A DNA stretch of 64,000 bases from an uncultured delta proteobacterium (GTDB lineage Bacteria > Desulfobacterota > Desulfobacteria > Desulfobacterales > Desulfosarcinaceae): contig CAVPJR010000028.1 of assembly GCA_963705435.1 (NCBI GenBank), positions 22,104 to 86,103 on the forward strand, written 5' to 3'. Position numbers and translations under genes: made by a program. The notes beneath the pieces were generated by a model that saw only the letters and a list, made by a program, of their open reading frames with translations, ran no database searches and was not told the DNA's origin. Below, piece after piece: positions 20,342 through 31,100 of the stretch; within the stretch, counting starts at the first letter, position 1, and every line of letters starts with the position of its first letter.

Positions 20342-22065
20342 AAGTCAAATGTCTTTTCCATGGCCTCGTCATCCACCACCACCACTGTGTTGTGTGGCGG
20401 CAGCGGTTCCTCGTAAAACATACGCGGCAGACGGTCGTCCGCGGGGGTAAATCCGGCCCGCCGGTTAAAGTCCCGCTCGGCCCTGAGTACGCGCAGCCCC
20501 AGTTCACGCCACGCTTTTTCGTCGAACGGTTTCCCGGATTTTGCACCGACCATGCGGTAGACCGTGGCAATCCCTTCAGGCGTAGCGAGCCCGGTCTGGG
20601 CAAAGTCGCAAATACCGACCGAATCCACGGCCGCCATGTGGATCTGCGTTTTACGGGAGGCGTCTACCTGACCCTCGGCCGAAAAGCGATCCAGCGTTCC
20701 CCCGAACGCCTCCAGGTTCTGGTCCACCACCCACCCGGCGGTATGGTCACCCCCCATTGGCGAGGTGGCATAGGTTACCGCCATGCCCTGGATGGCGCGC
20801 GGATCGTAAGCGGCCATACTCTGGTTCTTCATGACCGGCACCCGGTGGTGGTTGAAATATTTGCCCACGGCGGCCGGTCCGTTGCCGATCAGTTTGCCGA
20901 ATTCACTTCCTGCAGCCACCTCCTCGACCATCCGGATGGCGGCGGCGGCATCGCCGAACGGCTTGTGCCCGGCATCCATGGCCACGGCCACGGCAACACC
21001 GGTGCTAATGGTATCCAGGCCAATGTCATCGCATAGAAAGTCCAGCCGGGCGATGGCGTCCAGGTCGCTGTTGCCGATCATGGCACCCATTGACCAGATG
21101 GTTTCGTATTCCAGGGAGGAGGTGACGTACCGGCCGTCCGGATCGACAAACTCGTTGGAGCAGTCGATGATGCATTGCGCACACCCCTTGTGGGCGTTCT
21201 TGCCCCCGCGCTCACGGATGATCCGTGCCATGGTTTCGCCGCTGATTTGTTCGGCCCCCTCGAACTGCCCCTCGCGCGCATTGCGGGTGGGCAGGGCGCC
21301 AGCTTCATTGATCGGCGCCACCAGGCAGGCCGATCCCAGCGCCGGCAAAATCTCACCGCTGAACTCGTCGGCCTTGACGGCTTTGGCATATTCCTTTGCC
21401 GCGGCCTTGAACGCCTCGGCATCTGCCATCGGATCGGCAGACTTGCCGCCCCGGCTAACGATGATCGCTTTGAGCCCTTTGGCACCCATGACCGCGCCCA
21501 GGCCGCCGCGACCTGCCGCCCGGCAGGGGCGGCCGTCCAGATCGGTGGTTTGAATCGAAGCGGCAGCCAGCCGCATTTCTCCGGCCGGACCGATACAGGT
21601 GATGCTGCTGCGCTCCCCGTGGGCGGCTTTGAGTTTCTCCACCAACGCGTAGGTTCTCGACCCTTTGTGATCCATGGCGTCCAATAGCGCTGCGTTGCCG
21701 TCCGCATCGATGTTAAGGACCCAGCATTCGTCGGCCGGGGCCCTTCCTTCGACGACGAGGGCCGTGATGCCGAGATGGGCCAGCGCCGCCGCGACGGTTC
21801 CCCCCACATTGCTTTCCTTGATGCCGCCGGTCAGGGGACTTTTTGCGCCCACAGAGAGACGGCTTGTATTAACCAGCGGGGTGCCGCTGAAATAGCCCGG
21901 TGCGAAGATCAAAACGTTGTCGGGCCCAAGCGGGTCACAGGTGGCCGGAACATGGTCGTTGATGTATGAAGATGTCAATGCCCGCCCCCCGATCCCCCGG
22001 TAGGCGTCGGGCACGGTCTGGTCCACCACCGATTTTGTCGACATATCGACGCGTACAAACTTCAT
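20338..22065 (-). CDS. aor: Aldehyde:ferredoxin oxidoreductase
   Basis: KSPLTGGIKESN, IGPAGE, GRGGLGAVMG, CAQCIIDC, LEYET, DDIGLDT, AYDPR. Confidence 0.9.
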   Translation of the reverse strand: MKFVRVDMSTKSVVDQTVPDAYRGIGGRALTSSYINDHVPATCDPLGPDNVLIFAPGYFSGTPLVNTSRLSVGAKSPLTGGIKESNVGGTVAAALAHLGITALVVEGRAPADECWVLNIDADGNAALLDAMDHKGSRTYALVEKLKAAHGERSSITCIGPAGEMRLAAASIQTTDLDGRPCRAAGRGGLGAVMGAKGLKAIIVSRGGKSADPMADAEAFKAAAKEYAKAVKADEFSGEILPALGSACLVAPINEAGALPTRNAREGQFEGAEQISGETMARIIRERGGKNAHKGCAQCIIDCSNEFVDPDGRYVTSSLEYETIWSMGAMIGNSDLDAIARLDFLCDDIGLDTISTGVAVAVAMDAGHKPFGDAAAAIRMVEEVAAGSEFGKLIGNGPAAVGKYFNHHRVPVMKNQSMAAYDPRAIQGMAVTYATSPMGGDHTAGWVVDQNLEAFGGTLDRFSAEGQVDASRKTQIHMAAVDSVGICDFAQTGLATPEGIATVYRMVGAKSGKPFDEKAWRELGLRVLRAERDFNRRAGFTPADDRLPRMFYEEPLPPHNTVVVVDDEAMEKTFDF

Positions 22066-22131
22066 CGGGCCTCCTTTTCAAACTGATTGGGTCTGATTTT
22101 AGCACCGCGGGAAGCGCGGCACTTTCCGCGT

Positions 22132-23445
22132 TTACGCAAAAGACGGCGTGCGTGTGTCCTGCTTGGCACGGTCGACGATACCCTGCCGGCGTTTAGCGCC
22201 GTTTTTGCGACAATCACGGGAGTAAAGGCTTTTTTGCTGCTGGGTTTCGTCGATCGTCACCCCCAGGTCGGCCAGATTGCGGAAGCAATATTCGCGGGCA
22301 TCCGCCTCGAGTTGTTCAGGAACGAAAACCCCCTTTTCGGTAAAGGCATCATCCACCATCATTTCCACGAAAACCGACGCACACTGACCGGTCAGATAGG
22401 CTTCATGGCTGAGGCCGGAAGTTTCAAAGGCTTCCACCAGTCCCGGGCCCATGGCGTAGCTGTCGATCTGTATGGGATTTTCATCTTTGTAGCCTTCCAC
22501 GCGGACCAAAAAGGCCGCTTCTTCGGCCACGACCCCGTCATTGATGATGGCTTTGAGTTCGTCCGGATATTTGGGTGCCGGCGGGCATAGCTTGAGGATC
22601 AGGTCCATGGGAACGATTTTCGTGCCGTTGACATCCACCGGTTCGTCGGAAAGCAACCCCATTCGGTAGAACAGTTCGGAGAGCTTCACACCGAAGCCAC
22701 CGTATTTGAACTCCACATTTTTGACGCCCTTGAGCACCTTGTCGGCCAGCAGCCCCATGGTAATTGGTTCATCGTGTTCGTGGTCCACCATGCGGATTTC
22801 CCGATCGATGCCCCTCAATTTCATCCTGATGGGACGGCTGAAGGGTTTGTCCGTGACGTGCTTTCCGTTTTCAAAGCGAAAAGTCTTGTAGGCCATATCC
22901 CAGAAGGCCACTTCCGGTGACCACCAGAAAGGAGTAAATCGTTTGGTGAGAACATTTTCAAAGACAAAAATACTGATGGTTTCGCATCGGTCCATCTTCT
23001 CGACGGCTTCCCTGGCCATCACGTTGGCCAAGCCGGGGGATGAACCGCCCCCGACGAGTGCGGTAAGCCCCTTGGCCCTGAATTTTTCATGCCATTCGGA
23101 AAAGAGCAACTTGTAGCTTTCCACAAAACCGATATCTTCCATGGGGCCCGCCATGTCAAAGTAGGAGGCGTCGACCGCCAGGGCCGCTTCCATGACAAGC
23201 AGGTTGAAATCCAACGGCAGGCCGTTGACAATCAGATCGCAACCCTTGGCCGCCCGGATGACGTTGTCGACGTCACTGGCATCCAGTTGAAGGGCCGTGG
23301 CCTTGTTCAGTGAATTGCTCAGCGCTTCCGCGGCTTTGCGGTCATAATCCGCGCAGATGATTTCAGACACCCCCGGATGCTCATTCAATCGCTTGGCAAT
23401 CGTACTTCCCTGAGCGCCGACCCCGATCACAATGATGCGTTTCAT
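22132..23445 (-). CDS. Saccharopine dehydrogenase family NAD(P)-dependent oxidoreductase (carboxy(nor)spermidine dehydrogenase / lysine 6-dehydrogenase-like)
   Basis: Rossmann IGVGAQG, YFDMA, GGSSPGLANV, WWSPE, HEHDEP. Confidence 0.8.
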   Translation of the reverse strand: MKRIIVIGVGAQGSTIAKRLNEHPGVSEIICADYDRKAAEALSNSLNKATALQLDASDVDNVIRAAKGCDLIVNGLPLDFNLLVMEAALAVDASYFDMAGPMEDIGFVESYKLLFSEWHEKFRAKGLTALVGGGSSPGLANVMAREAVEKMDRCETISIFVFENVLTKRFTPFWWSPEVAFWDMAYKTFRFENGKHVTDKPFSRPIRMKLRGIDREIRMVDHEHDEPITMGLLADKVLKGVKNVEFKYGGFGVKLSELFYRMGLLSDEPVDVNGTKIVPMDLILKLCPPAPKYPDELKAIINDGVVAEEAAFLVRVEGYKDENPIQIDSYAMGPGLVEAFETSGLSHEAYLTGQCASVFVEMMVDDAFTEKGVFVPEQLEADAREYCFRNLADLGVTIDETQQQKSLYSRDCRKNGAKRRQGIVDRAKQDTRTPSFA

Positions 23446-23648
23446 GCGTTCTCCTTAAAAACTGAACTGGGCATCAACACAATCCGAATTCGGGTGGAGG
23501 TCCCGCCGGACAGCTTATCTATTTAATAGGGTTACGATTATCATCAGATTGGGTTGATTGCCGGGCGCTGATGCGCCGCTGTCGACCGAGACGAATACTG
23601 CCCCCAGCCTCCACTTAGAGGATTCAAAAACTTTTAGCAACAAATATT

Positions 23649-23677
23649 TTGACAAAATTAGCGTTAAACGCTATTTT
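23649..23677 (+). promoter_or_regulatory. Sigma70-type promoter with an overlapping palindrome
   Basis: TTGACA-17 bp-TATTTT; perfect palindrome tagcgtt-a-aacgcta at 23659-23673. Confidence 0.55.
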
Positions 23678-23743
23678 TTTTAAAATTATTGATTGAAATC
23701 GTTTTTTTGCCCCAAAACATCAATAAACAGGGAGGTGCCAGAC

Positions 23744-24226
23744 GTGAAAGCAACTGCATCAGGGGTACAAAAGCTGGACCGCGTCGATCGTAAGATGGTT
23801 TCCCTGCTTCAAAAAGACGGCCGCATGCCCATCGTCAGCATCGCCAAGGAACTCGGCATTTCGGAAACCACCGCCAGGAGCCGGTTGAAGCGGCTGATCG
23901 CTGAAGACGTCATCAAGGTGATCGCTGTCAGCAACCCGATCAGGCTCGGCTTTGAAATCATCGGCAACATTAAACTGAGCATCGACCTGAAGAAAAAAGA
24001 TGAGATTCTCCAAGCCCTGAAAGAGATTGACACCTTGAATTATGTGGCACTGACCACAGGCGGCAACGACATCGATATCGAATTCATTGCCGGCTCCCTG
24101 TCTGAGTTCAAAACACTCATTTTTGAACGGATCAGCCAGATCGATGGCGTCAATTCGGTAGAGACGTCGCTGATTGTGGAAATTATCAAAGATACGTGGG
24201 ACTATGGAACCGCATGGGATGACTAG
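23744..24226 (+). CDS. Lrp/AsnC transcriptional regulator
   Basis: LDRVDRKMVSLLQKDGR..IAKELGISETTARSRLKRL; GTG after GGAGG. Confidence 0.9.
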   Translation: MKATASGVQKLDRVDRKMVSLLQKDGRMPIVSIAKELGISETTARSRLKRLIAEDVIKVIAVSNPIRLGFEIIGNIKLSIDLKKKDEILQALKEIDTLNYVALTTGGNDIDIEFIAGSLSEFKTLIFERISQIDGVNSVETSLIVEIIKDTWDYGTAWDD

Positions 24227-24232
24227 ATTCCA

Positions 24233-24400
24233 ACTGATGGTGATCCGTTTGATCGATGCCGGCAATGCATCACCCTCCTCCCCCAGATAATGGGTTTGGG
24301 CTTCGCAGACCGCGGTATCGATCGACGGCACGATACTTAGAAAAAGGATGCTGCCCCGATAATCATTCAGATCGACATCCTGCATTGTTTTCTTGTCGAC
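24233..24400 (-). pseudogene. Internal fragment of a thiol peroxidase (Tpx)/redoxin gene
   Basis: VDLNDYRGSILFLSIVPSIDTAVCEAQT matches the Tpx PSxDTxVC peroxidatic motif; no plausible start or 3' half. Confidence 0.65.
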
Positions 24401-24579
24401 CATTTCCGCCAAAATCATAGAACGCAACTAAAAAATTGGTAGGTTTAACCTATCGCCATACGATCAACGGGCTCACATTGCCTGTATGGTGAATGGCTGA
24501 TTAGGTTAACGATAAGATTTTTGATGCGACTACCCGCAGACGATGACGATTGGAAAGGTGAAAGTGGAGGATACAAACA

Positions 24580-25656
24580 ATGAAATGGTCATTTAAAGTA
24601 GGCCGCTTTGCCGGCATCGATGTCTTCATGCATTTTACCTTCATTTTGCTTCTCAGCTGGGTGGCGGTTGTCCATTGGCGTCAGGGACAAAGTCTGACCG
24701 CCGCAATAGCCGGGGTTGTTTTTATCCTGGCGGTCTTTATGTGTGTCGTTCTTCACGAATTTGGTCATGCGCTGATGGCCAGGCGATACGGCATCAAGAC
24801 GCGTGACATCATTCTGCTGCCGATCGGCGGTGTGGCGCGCTTGGAAAAACTGCCGACCCATCCAATCAAGGAGTTGTGGGTCGCCCTTGCAGGCCCTGCC
24901 GTGAACGTCGTGATCGCTGCCGCCCTGTTCGTTTGGCTGAGAGCCACGGCATCGCTGGAACCGCTGCAGACCTTGACGATCACCACCGGACCATTTTTGG
25001 AGCGGATCTTGGCGGTCAATATCTTCATGGTCGTTTTTAACATGATACCGGCTTTCCCTATGGACGGCGGCCGTGTGCTGCGTGCGCTGCTGGCCACTCG
25101 CATAGAATACAGTCGAGCGACACAGACGGCTGCTGCCATTGGTCAAGGAATTGCGGTTCTTTTCGGCGTTATTGGGTTGTTCTACAACCCGTTTCTATTG
25201 TTCATCGCCTTGTTTGTGTGGATCGGCGCCGCCCAGGAAGCGGGCATGGCCCAGATGAAATCCGCCGTTGGGGGCATTACGGTTCAACAGGCCATGATCA
25301 GTGATTTCAAGCAGCTCGAAGTCAATGACAGCTTGAAACGCGCCGTCGAATTAACCTTGACCGGATCCCAAAAGGATTTCCCGGTCGTCAATAATGGCAG
25401 CCTGGAAGGCGTCCTGACGCAAACCGATCTTTTGAAAGCGCTCGCCGATCAGGAAAACTATCCTACCGTCGCATCAGCCATTCAGAGAAACTACGCCACG
25501 GTTGATGACCTGGAAATGCTGGAATCTGCCTTTGCCAAGCTCAACGACTGCGATTGCCACACGCTGCCGGTGATGCATAAGGGGAAACTCGTCGGGTTGG
25601 TGACGATGGACAATTTGGGCGAGTACTTGCGAATTCAAGCCGCCATGGGCAACTGA
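24580..25656 (+). CDS. Site-2 protease (M50) with CBS domains
   Basis: HEFGH, NMIPAFPMDGGR, C-terminal CBS pair. Confidence 0.9.
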   Translation: MKWSFKVGRFAGIDVFMHFTFILLLSWVAVVHWRQGQSLTAAIAGVVFILAVFMCVVLHEFGHALMARRYGIKTRDIILLPIGGVARLEKLPTHPIKELWVALAGPAVNVVIAAALFVWLRATASLEPLQTLTITTGPFLERILAVNIFMVVFNMIPAFPMDGGRVLRALLATRIEYSRATQTAAAIGQGIAVLFGVIGLFYNPFLLFIALFVWIGAAQEAGMAQMKSAVGGITVQQAMISDFKQLEVNDSLKRAVELTLTGSQKDFPVVNNGSLEGVLTQTDLLKALADQENYPTVASAIQRNYATVDDLEMLESAFAKLNDCDCHTLPVMHKGKLVGLVTMDNLGEYLRIQAAMGN

Positions 25657-25666
25657 TGGTGGTGAT

Positions 25667-27094
25667 ATGACTTCAACTAACAGACGATTTAATGCCGTGG
25701 GTACCCTTCAAGACAGTGGCACGCGGTTTATCGCGTTGATTGTTATTGGCAGCCTCCTGCTCTCCGGTTGTCAATCCCATACCATCAACCCATCTCCGGA
25801 ACCGCTGCAGAATGGAGGCGTCGCCTACAGCATCGCATCGCCGAATCCAGACCCAGCCGATCATCATTGGTGGGCGTCGTTTAAGGACGCCAAGCTGGAC
25901 GCACTCATCGACAACGCCCTGAACAGCAATTTTGACATCATGCGGGGCTTGGCCAGGCTCGATCAGGCCGATTCACTCACCAGCCAAGCCAAGGCGGCGC
26001 GGATGCCGCAGATTGACCTCGAGGCCAACGTCCTGAGAGATTGGGCCGACGGTGATACGCGCAATCGTTTGGATCGGGTCGGCGGCGCATTGGCCTGGGA
26101 AGTGGATGTGTTCAATCGGTTGGGATCCGCCGCCCTGGCCCGTAACAGTGAACGAGCCGCACGCGTAGAAGATCTGCAAGCAATCCGGCTCAGTCTGTCC
26201 GCTGAAGTCACCAAGGCCTATTTCGATGCGGTCGAGCAGCTCAGCGCACTGGCCCTGCTCGAACAACAGATTGACGTTGACCGGGACTTGCTGGAACTGA
26301 CCGAGCTTCGCTTTGAAGCGGGGCTGACGGCCTCGGTGGATGTGTTGCAGCAAAGCAGTGTATTGGCCGAAACAGAGAGCCTGGTGCCCCCCACCGAAGC
26401 ATTGCTGCGGGTTTCGGAAAACCGCTTGGATGTGTTGATCGGGCAGGCACCGGACGCGGTGGATCGCGTGAACAGCAACGATGGATTCATTGCCATTGGA
26501 GACCTGCCGTTTATCGGCGTCCCCTCGGACCTGTTGCTCAACCGTCCAGACCTGAGAGCCTTTAAAAACGAACTTATCGCAGCCGATGCCGAAATTGGGC
26601 AGGCCATTGCCGAACGCCTGCCTCGGATCACGCTGGATGGGTCTTTTTTTTACGGAGACGGTTCGGACTTCACCGGACCCGCAGGAATATTAGTTGGATC
26701 GATTGTTCAGCCACTGATAGATTGGGGCGCCCGCAAGGCGCAAGTCGAGCGCAGCCGTGCCCTGTATGTCGAACGGTTGGCAGTATTTTCCCAGGCCTAT
26801 CTGCAGGCAATCGAAGATGTTGAAAACACGCTTTACCAGGAGCGCAAGCAGCGGGAGTTTCTGGACCGACTGGAGCGTCGCCGTCGTTTTTTGGAACGCA
26901 CCGTAGAAGAGACCAGAGATCGATACACCAACGGCCTGACGGATTTTTTGCCGGTCCTGGATGCGATAAAGGAGCTGCAGCGGATCGAGCGCATCATCGT
27001 GCGACAGGAGCGAGCGCTGCTTGGCTTTCGCATCCAGCTCCACCGCGCACTAGGTGGACGAGTTAACGCAGCCTCAAGTGGAGGTTCGATATGA
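25667..27094 (+). CDS. RND efflux outer-membrane lipoprotein (TolC/NodT family)
   Basis: Lipobox LLLSGC, WWASFKD, PSDLLLNRPD, LHRALGG. Confidence 0.88.
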   Translation: MTSTNRRFNAVGTLQDSGTRFIALIVIGSLLLSGCQSHTINPSPEPLQNGGVAYSIASPNPDPADHHWWASFKDAKLDALIDNALNSNFDIMRGLARLDQADSLTSQAKAARMPQIDLEANVLRDWADGDTRNRLDRVGGALAWEVDVFNRLGSAALARNSERAARVEDLQAIRLSLSAEVTKAYFDAVEQLSALALLEQQIDVDRDLLELTELRFEAGLTASVDVLQQSSVLAETESLVPPTEALLRVSENRLDVLIGQAPDAVDRVNSNDGFIAIGDLPFIGVPSDLLLNRPDLRAFKNELIAADAEIGQAIAERLPRITLDGSFFYGDGSDFTGPAGILVGSIVQPLIDWGARKAQVERSRALYVERLAVFSQAYLQAIEDVENTLYQERKQREFLDRLERRRRFLERTVEETRDRYTNGLTDFLPVLDAIKELQRIERIIVRQERALLGFRIQLHRALGGRVNAASSGGSI

Positions 27095-28194
27095 TGGACC
27101 ATAAAACATTTTTGAAAGTCCCACTATGGACGGTGCTGGCGGGCATTGTTGGGATGCTTGGGGTTGGTCAGGCAAGCGCTCAGCAGGTCGTGCCCGTTAT
27201 CGTTAAAGCCGTAGCGATCGATCGCTTCGTCGACCATGTGGAGGCCCTCGGAACGCTGCGTGCCAACGAAACCGTTGAACTGACCGCAACCGTTTCCGAA
27301 ACCGTGACCGGCGTCCATTTCGAAGACGGTCAGCGCGTAGAAGCCGGCAGTATCCTGATTGAAATGACCAACGAAGAGGAGCATGCCCTGATCGAAGAAG
27401 AACGCTCGACCGTTGCCGAAGCCAAGAAACAGTATGATCGGCTGCGGCCCCTGGTCCAGCGGGGAGCGGCATCCATATCACTGCTCGACCAACGACGGCG
27501 GGAGTACGAAACCGCCAAGGCCCGACTCCGGGCAATCGAATCAAAGCTGCAGGACCGCCTGGTCATGGCACCGTTTGCCGGCATTGTCGGCTTGCGCAAT
27601 ATCAGCGTAGGCGCACTTATCGAGCCGGGAGACCTCATCACCACCCTTGACGACGACAGCGTCATGAAGCTCGATTTCACGGTACCCTCGATTCACCTGG
27701 CGAGTCTTAAAACCGGTTTGCCCATTGCAGCTACATCGCCTGCCTTCGCCGGACAACAATTTGAGGGCATTGTTGCCAGCATCGACAGCCGAATCGATCC
27801 GGTCACCCGTGCAATCGTTGTCAGGGCGATTCTACCCAATCCGGAACGTCTGCTTAAACCGGGTCTGCTGATGCAGGTCACGTTGCTGAAAAATCCACGG
27901 GACGTGTTGGTGATTCCCGAGGAGGCGCTGATTCCCTCCGGGCGTGACAACCACGTGTTGGTCGTGGACCGATCCAGCCAACCCACGCTCGCCCAGCGTC
28001 GCCAAGTGACCACCGGCGGCCGCCGACCGGGAGAAGTCGAAATTCTCGACGGTCTGCAATCCGGTGAACTCGTGGTCGTTGACGGGACCTTGCGCGCCAG
28101 AACGGGACAGCCGGTGACCGTCATCGCCGTGGACAGCGGCGATGAACCCCTGGCCCGCCTGTTGAACGGGAATCGGGAAGAAACTGGCCAATGA
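27091..28194 (+). CDS. RND efflux periplasmic adaptor (MFP)
   Basis: APFAGIVG, IDSRIDPVTR, LKPG, IPEEA. Confidence 0.9.
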   Translation: MMDHKTFLKVPLWTVLAGIVGMLGVGQASAQQVVPVIVKAVAIDRFVDHVEALGTLRANETVELTATVSETVTGVHFEDGQRVEAGSILIEMTNEEEHALIEEERSTVAEAKKQYDRLRPLVQRGAASISLLDQRRREYETAKARLRAIESKLQDRLVMAPFAGIVGLRNISVGALIEPGDLITTLDDDSVMKLDFTVPSIHLASLKTGLPIAATSPAFAGQQFEGIVASIDSRIDPVTRAIVVRAILPNPERLLKPGLLMQVTLLKNPRDVLVIPEEALIPSGRDNHVLVVDRSSQPTLAQRRQVTTGGRRPGEVEILDGLQSGELVVVDGTLRARTGQPVTVIAVDSGDEPLARLLNGNREETGQ

Positions 28195-31100
28195 TCCTAT
28201 CCGATGTTTCCGTCAAGCGACCGGTGTTTGCCGCAGTGATCTCGCTGCTGTTGATCGTCTTCGGCCTGGTCTCCTTCGGCCGGCTGCCCCTGCGTGAATA
28301 CCCGGACATCGATCCCCCCGTGGTAACCATCGAAACGCTCTACCCCGGTGCGTCCGCCAATGTGGTGGAAACACGCATCACCGAACTCATCGAAGAGCGT
28401 ATTGCCGGCGTCGAAGGCATTCAGTTCATCGCCTCGACCAGCGAAGATGGCCTTTCTGCGGTCACGATTGAATTTGATACCGGTCGGGATGTCGACGGGG
28501 CGGTCAATGATATCAGGGACCGGGTCTCTGCAATTTTGGGCGATTTGCCGGACGAAGCCGATCCGCCGGAAATCCAGAAAGTCGATTCCAACAACGATGT
28601 AATCATGTGGTTGAACCTGGTCAGCGATCGCATGACTGTACCGGCCTTGACGGATTATGCCGATCGCTATCTGGTCGACCGGTTTTCGGTTCTGGATGGG
28701 GTTGCACGAGTGAGAATCGGCGGCGGTCAGACCTATGCCATGCGGATCTGGATCGATCGCAGCGCCATGGCGGCGCGGGGGCTTGTGGTGAGCGATGTCG
28801 AAACCGCCCTGCGGGCGGAAAACCTGGAGCTGCCGGCGGGCAGCATCGAGTCCCAGGCGCGCAGCTTTACGGTGCGGGTCAAGCGTACGTTTCGAACGGC
28901 GGTGGATTTCAGTCGCCTGGTGTTGGCCCGCGGCGCCGACGGCCACCTGGTTCGCCTGGGTGACATTGCCCGCGTCGAACGCGGCACCGAAGAGGACCGG
29001 ACGTTCTTTCGAGGCAATGGGGTGGCCATGGTGGGCTTGGGCATCATCAAACAATCGACCGCCAACACAATCGATGTGGCCCGCGGCGCCAAAGCGGCAA
29101 TGCTGCGCCTCAACCCCACCCTGCCCGAGGGGATGGAAATCAAGCAGAGCTACGACACATCGGTATTTGTCGAAGGTGCTATCAAAGAAGTATACAAGAC
29201 CCTGCTGATTGCCATCGGCCTGGTCATCCTGGTGATCTATCTGTTTCTGGGCAGCATTCGGGCCACGATCGTACCGGCCGTGACGGTTCCGGTTTCGATT
29301 ATCGCCAGTTTTATCGTTTTGAATGTCCTGGGTTTCTCGGTCAATCTACTCACGCTGCTGGCGCTGGTCCTGGCCATCGGACTGGTCGTGGACGACGCCA
29401 TTGTGGTTCTGGAAAATATCTACCGTCGCATGACGGAAAAAGGCGAACCCCCCCTGGTCGCTGCCTACACCGGCAGCCGCCAGGTCGGTTTCGCGGTTAT
29501 CGCCACGTCCGTGGTGCTGGTCGCGGTGTTTGTGCCCATCGCCTTTCTGCAGGGGGATGTGGGGCGCCTGTTTTCAGAGTTTGCCATCACCATGGCGGCG
29601 GCAGTCTGTTTTTCCAGCATCGTCGCCCTGAGCCTCTCTCCCATGCTGGCATCCAAAATCCTCAGACGTAAAACCGGCCAGCGTGATAGACACACCTATA
29701 TGGACCGATTGTTCGGAACCACGCGAATACGATACCGGCGTTTACTGGGCCGCACCATGAAGCGTCCCTGGCTGGTGGTGGGATTTTTTGCGGTGCTGAT
29801 CGCTGCAATGGTGTGGTTGTTTGAGCACATACCCACGGAATATGCACCCAAGGAAGACCGCGGCGCTTTTTTTGTTATCGTCAACGGGCCGGAAGGCGCC
29901 TCCTACGCCTACATGGAAGAATACATGAATGAAATCGAGCGGCGGCTGATGCCCCTGGTCGAAAACGAAGAGGCGACCCGGTTGCTGGTCCGCGCACCAC
30001 GAACGTTTTCGAATTATGAGAACTTCAACACCGGCATCGTGATTTTTGTTCTCAACGACTGGGACCAGCGGCGTTCCGCCTGGGCCATCATGGACGATGT
30101 GCGTGCCAAACTGGCAGAACTTCCGGGGGTGCGCGCCTTCCCCGTCATGCGCCAGGGCTTCGGCGCATCCATTCAAAAACCGCTCCAGTTCGTCATTGGC
30201 GGCGGCACCTACCCGGAATTGGCCCAATGGCGCGACACGCTGCTGGAGCGGATCGAGGCCGACAATCCGGGACTGATCGGGATCGACTGGGATTACAAGG
30301 AAACCAAACCCCAACTACAGGTGAACATCGACTATGATCGCGCGGCTGAACTGGGAGTGACCGTCGGCAATGTCGGCCGCACCCTGGAGACGATGCTGGG
30401 CTCCCGGCGGGTGACCACCTATATCGAGGCCGGTGAAGAGTATGACGTGATTCTGGAAGGCGACCGCGAGCGTCAGCGTACGCCGACCGATTTACAGAAC
30501 ATCTTTGTGCGTTCATCGCGCAACGGCGACCTGATTCCGCTGTCCAATCTGGTCACCCTGGAGGAATTCGCCGATTCAACCGCCCTGAATCGGTACAATC
30601 GTGTCAGGGCCATCACCCTGGAGGCCAACCTGGCCGACGGCCTGGCCTTGGGCGATGCGCTGACCTACCTGGAAGGCTTGGTCAAGGCGCATCTGCCGGA
30701 AAATGTGATCATCGATTACAAGGGGCAATCCCAGGATTATAAATTCTCGACCCAGTCGATTATATTCGTTTTCCTGCTGGGGATCCTGGTGGTGTTTCTT
30801 GTCCTGGCTGCCCAGTTTGAAAGCTATCTCAATCCGCTTGTAATCATGCTGACGGTGCCATTGGCGATTGCGGGCGGTTTGCTCGGACTGTACTTAACCG
30901 GAAGCACCTTGAACCTATACAGCCAGATCGGTTTGGTCATGCTGGTCGGTCTGGCGGCGAAGAACGGTATTCTCATCGTCGAGTTTGCCAACCAACTCAG
31001 GGAGCGGCGCAAGTCGTTTGATTATGCCATCCTCAAAGCATCCGAAGTCCGACTGCGTCCGATCGTGATGACCGGCATCACCACCGCCACCGGCGCGATC

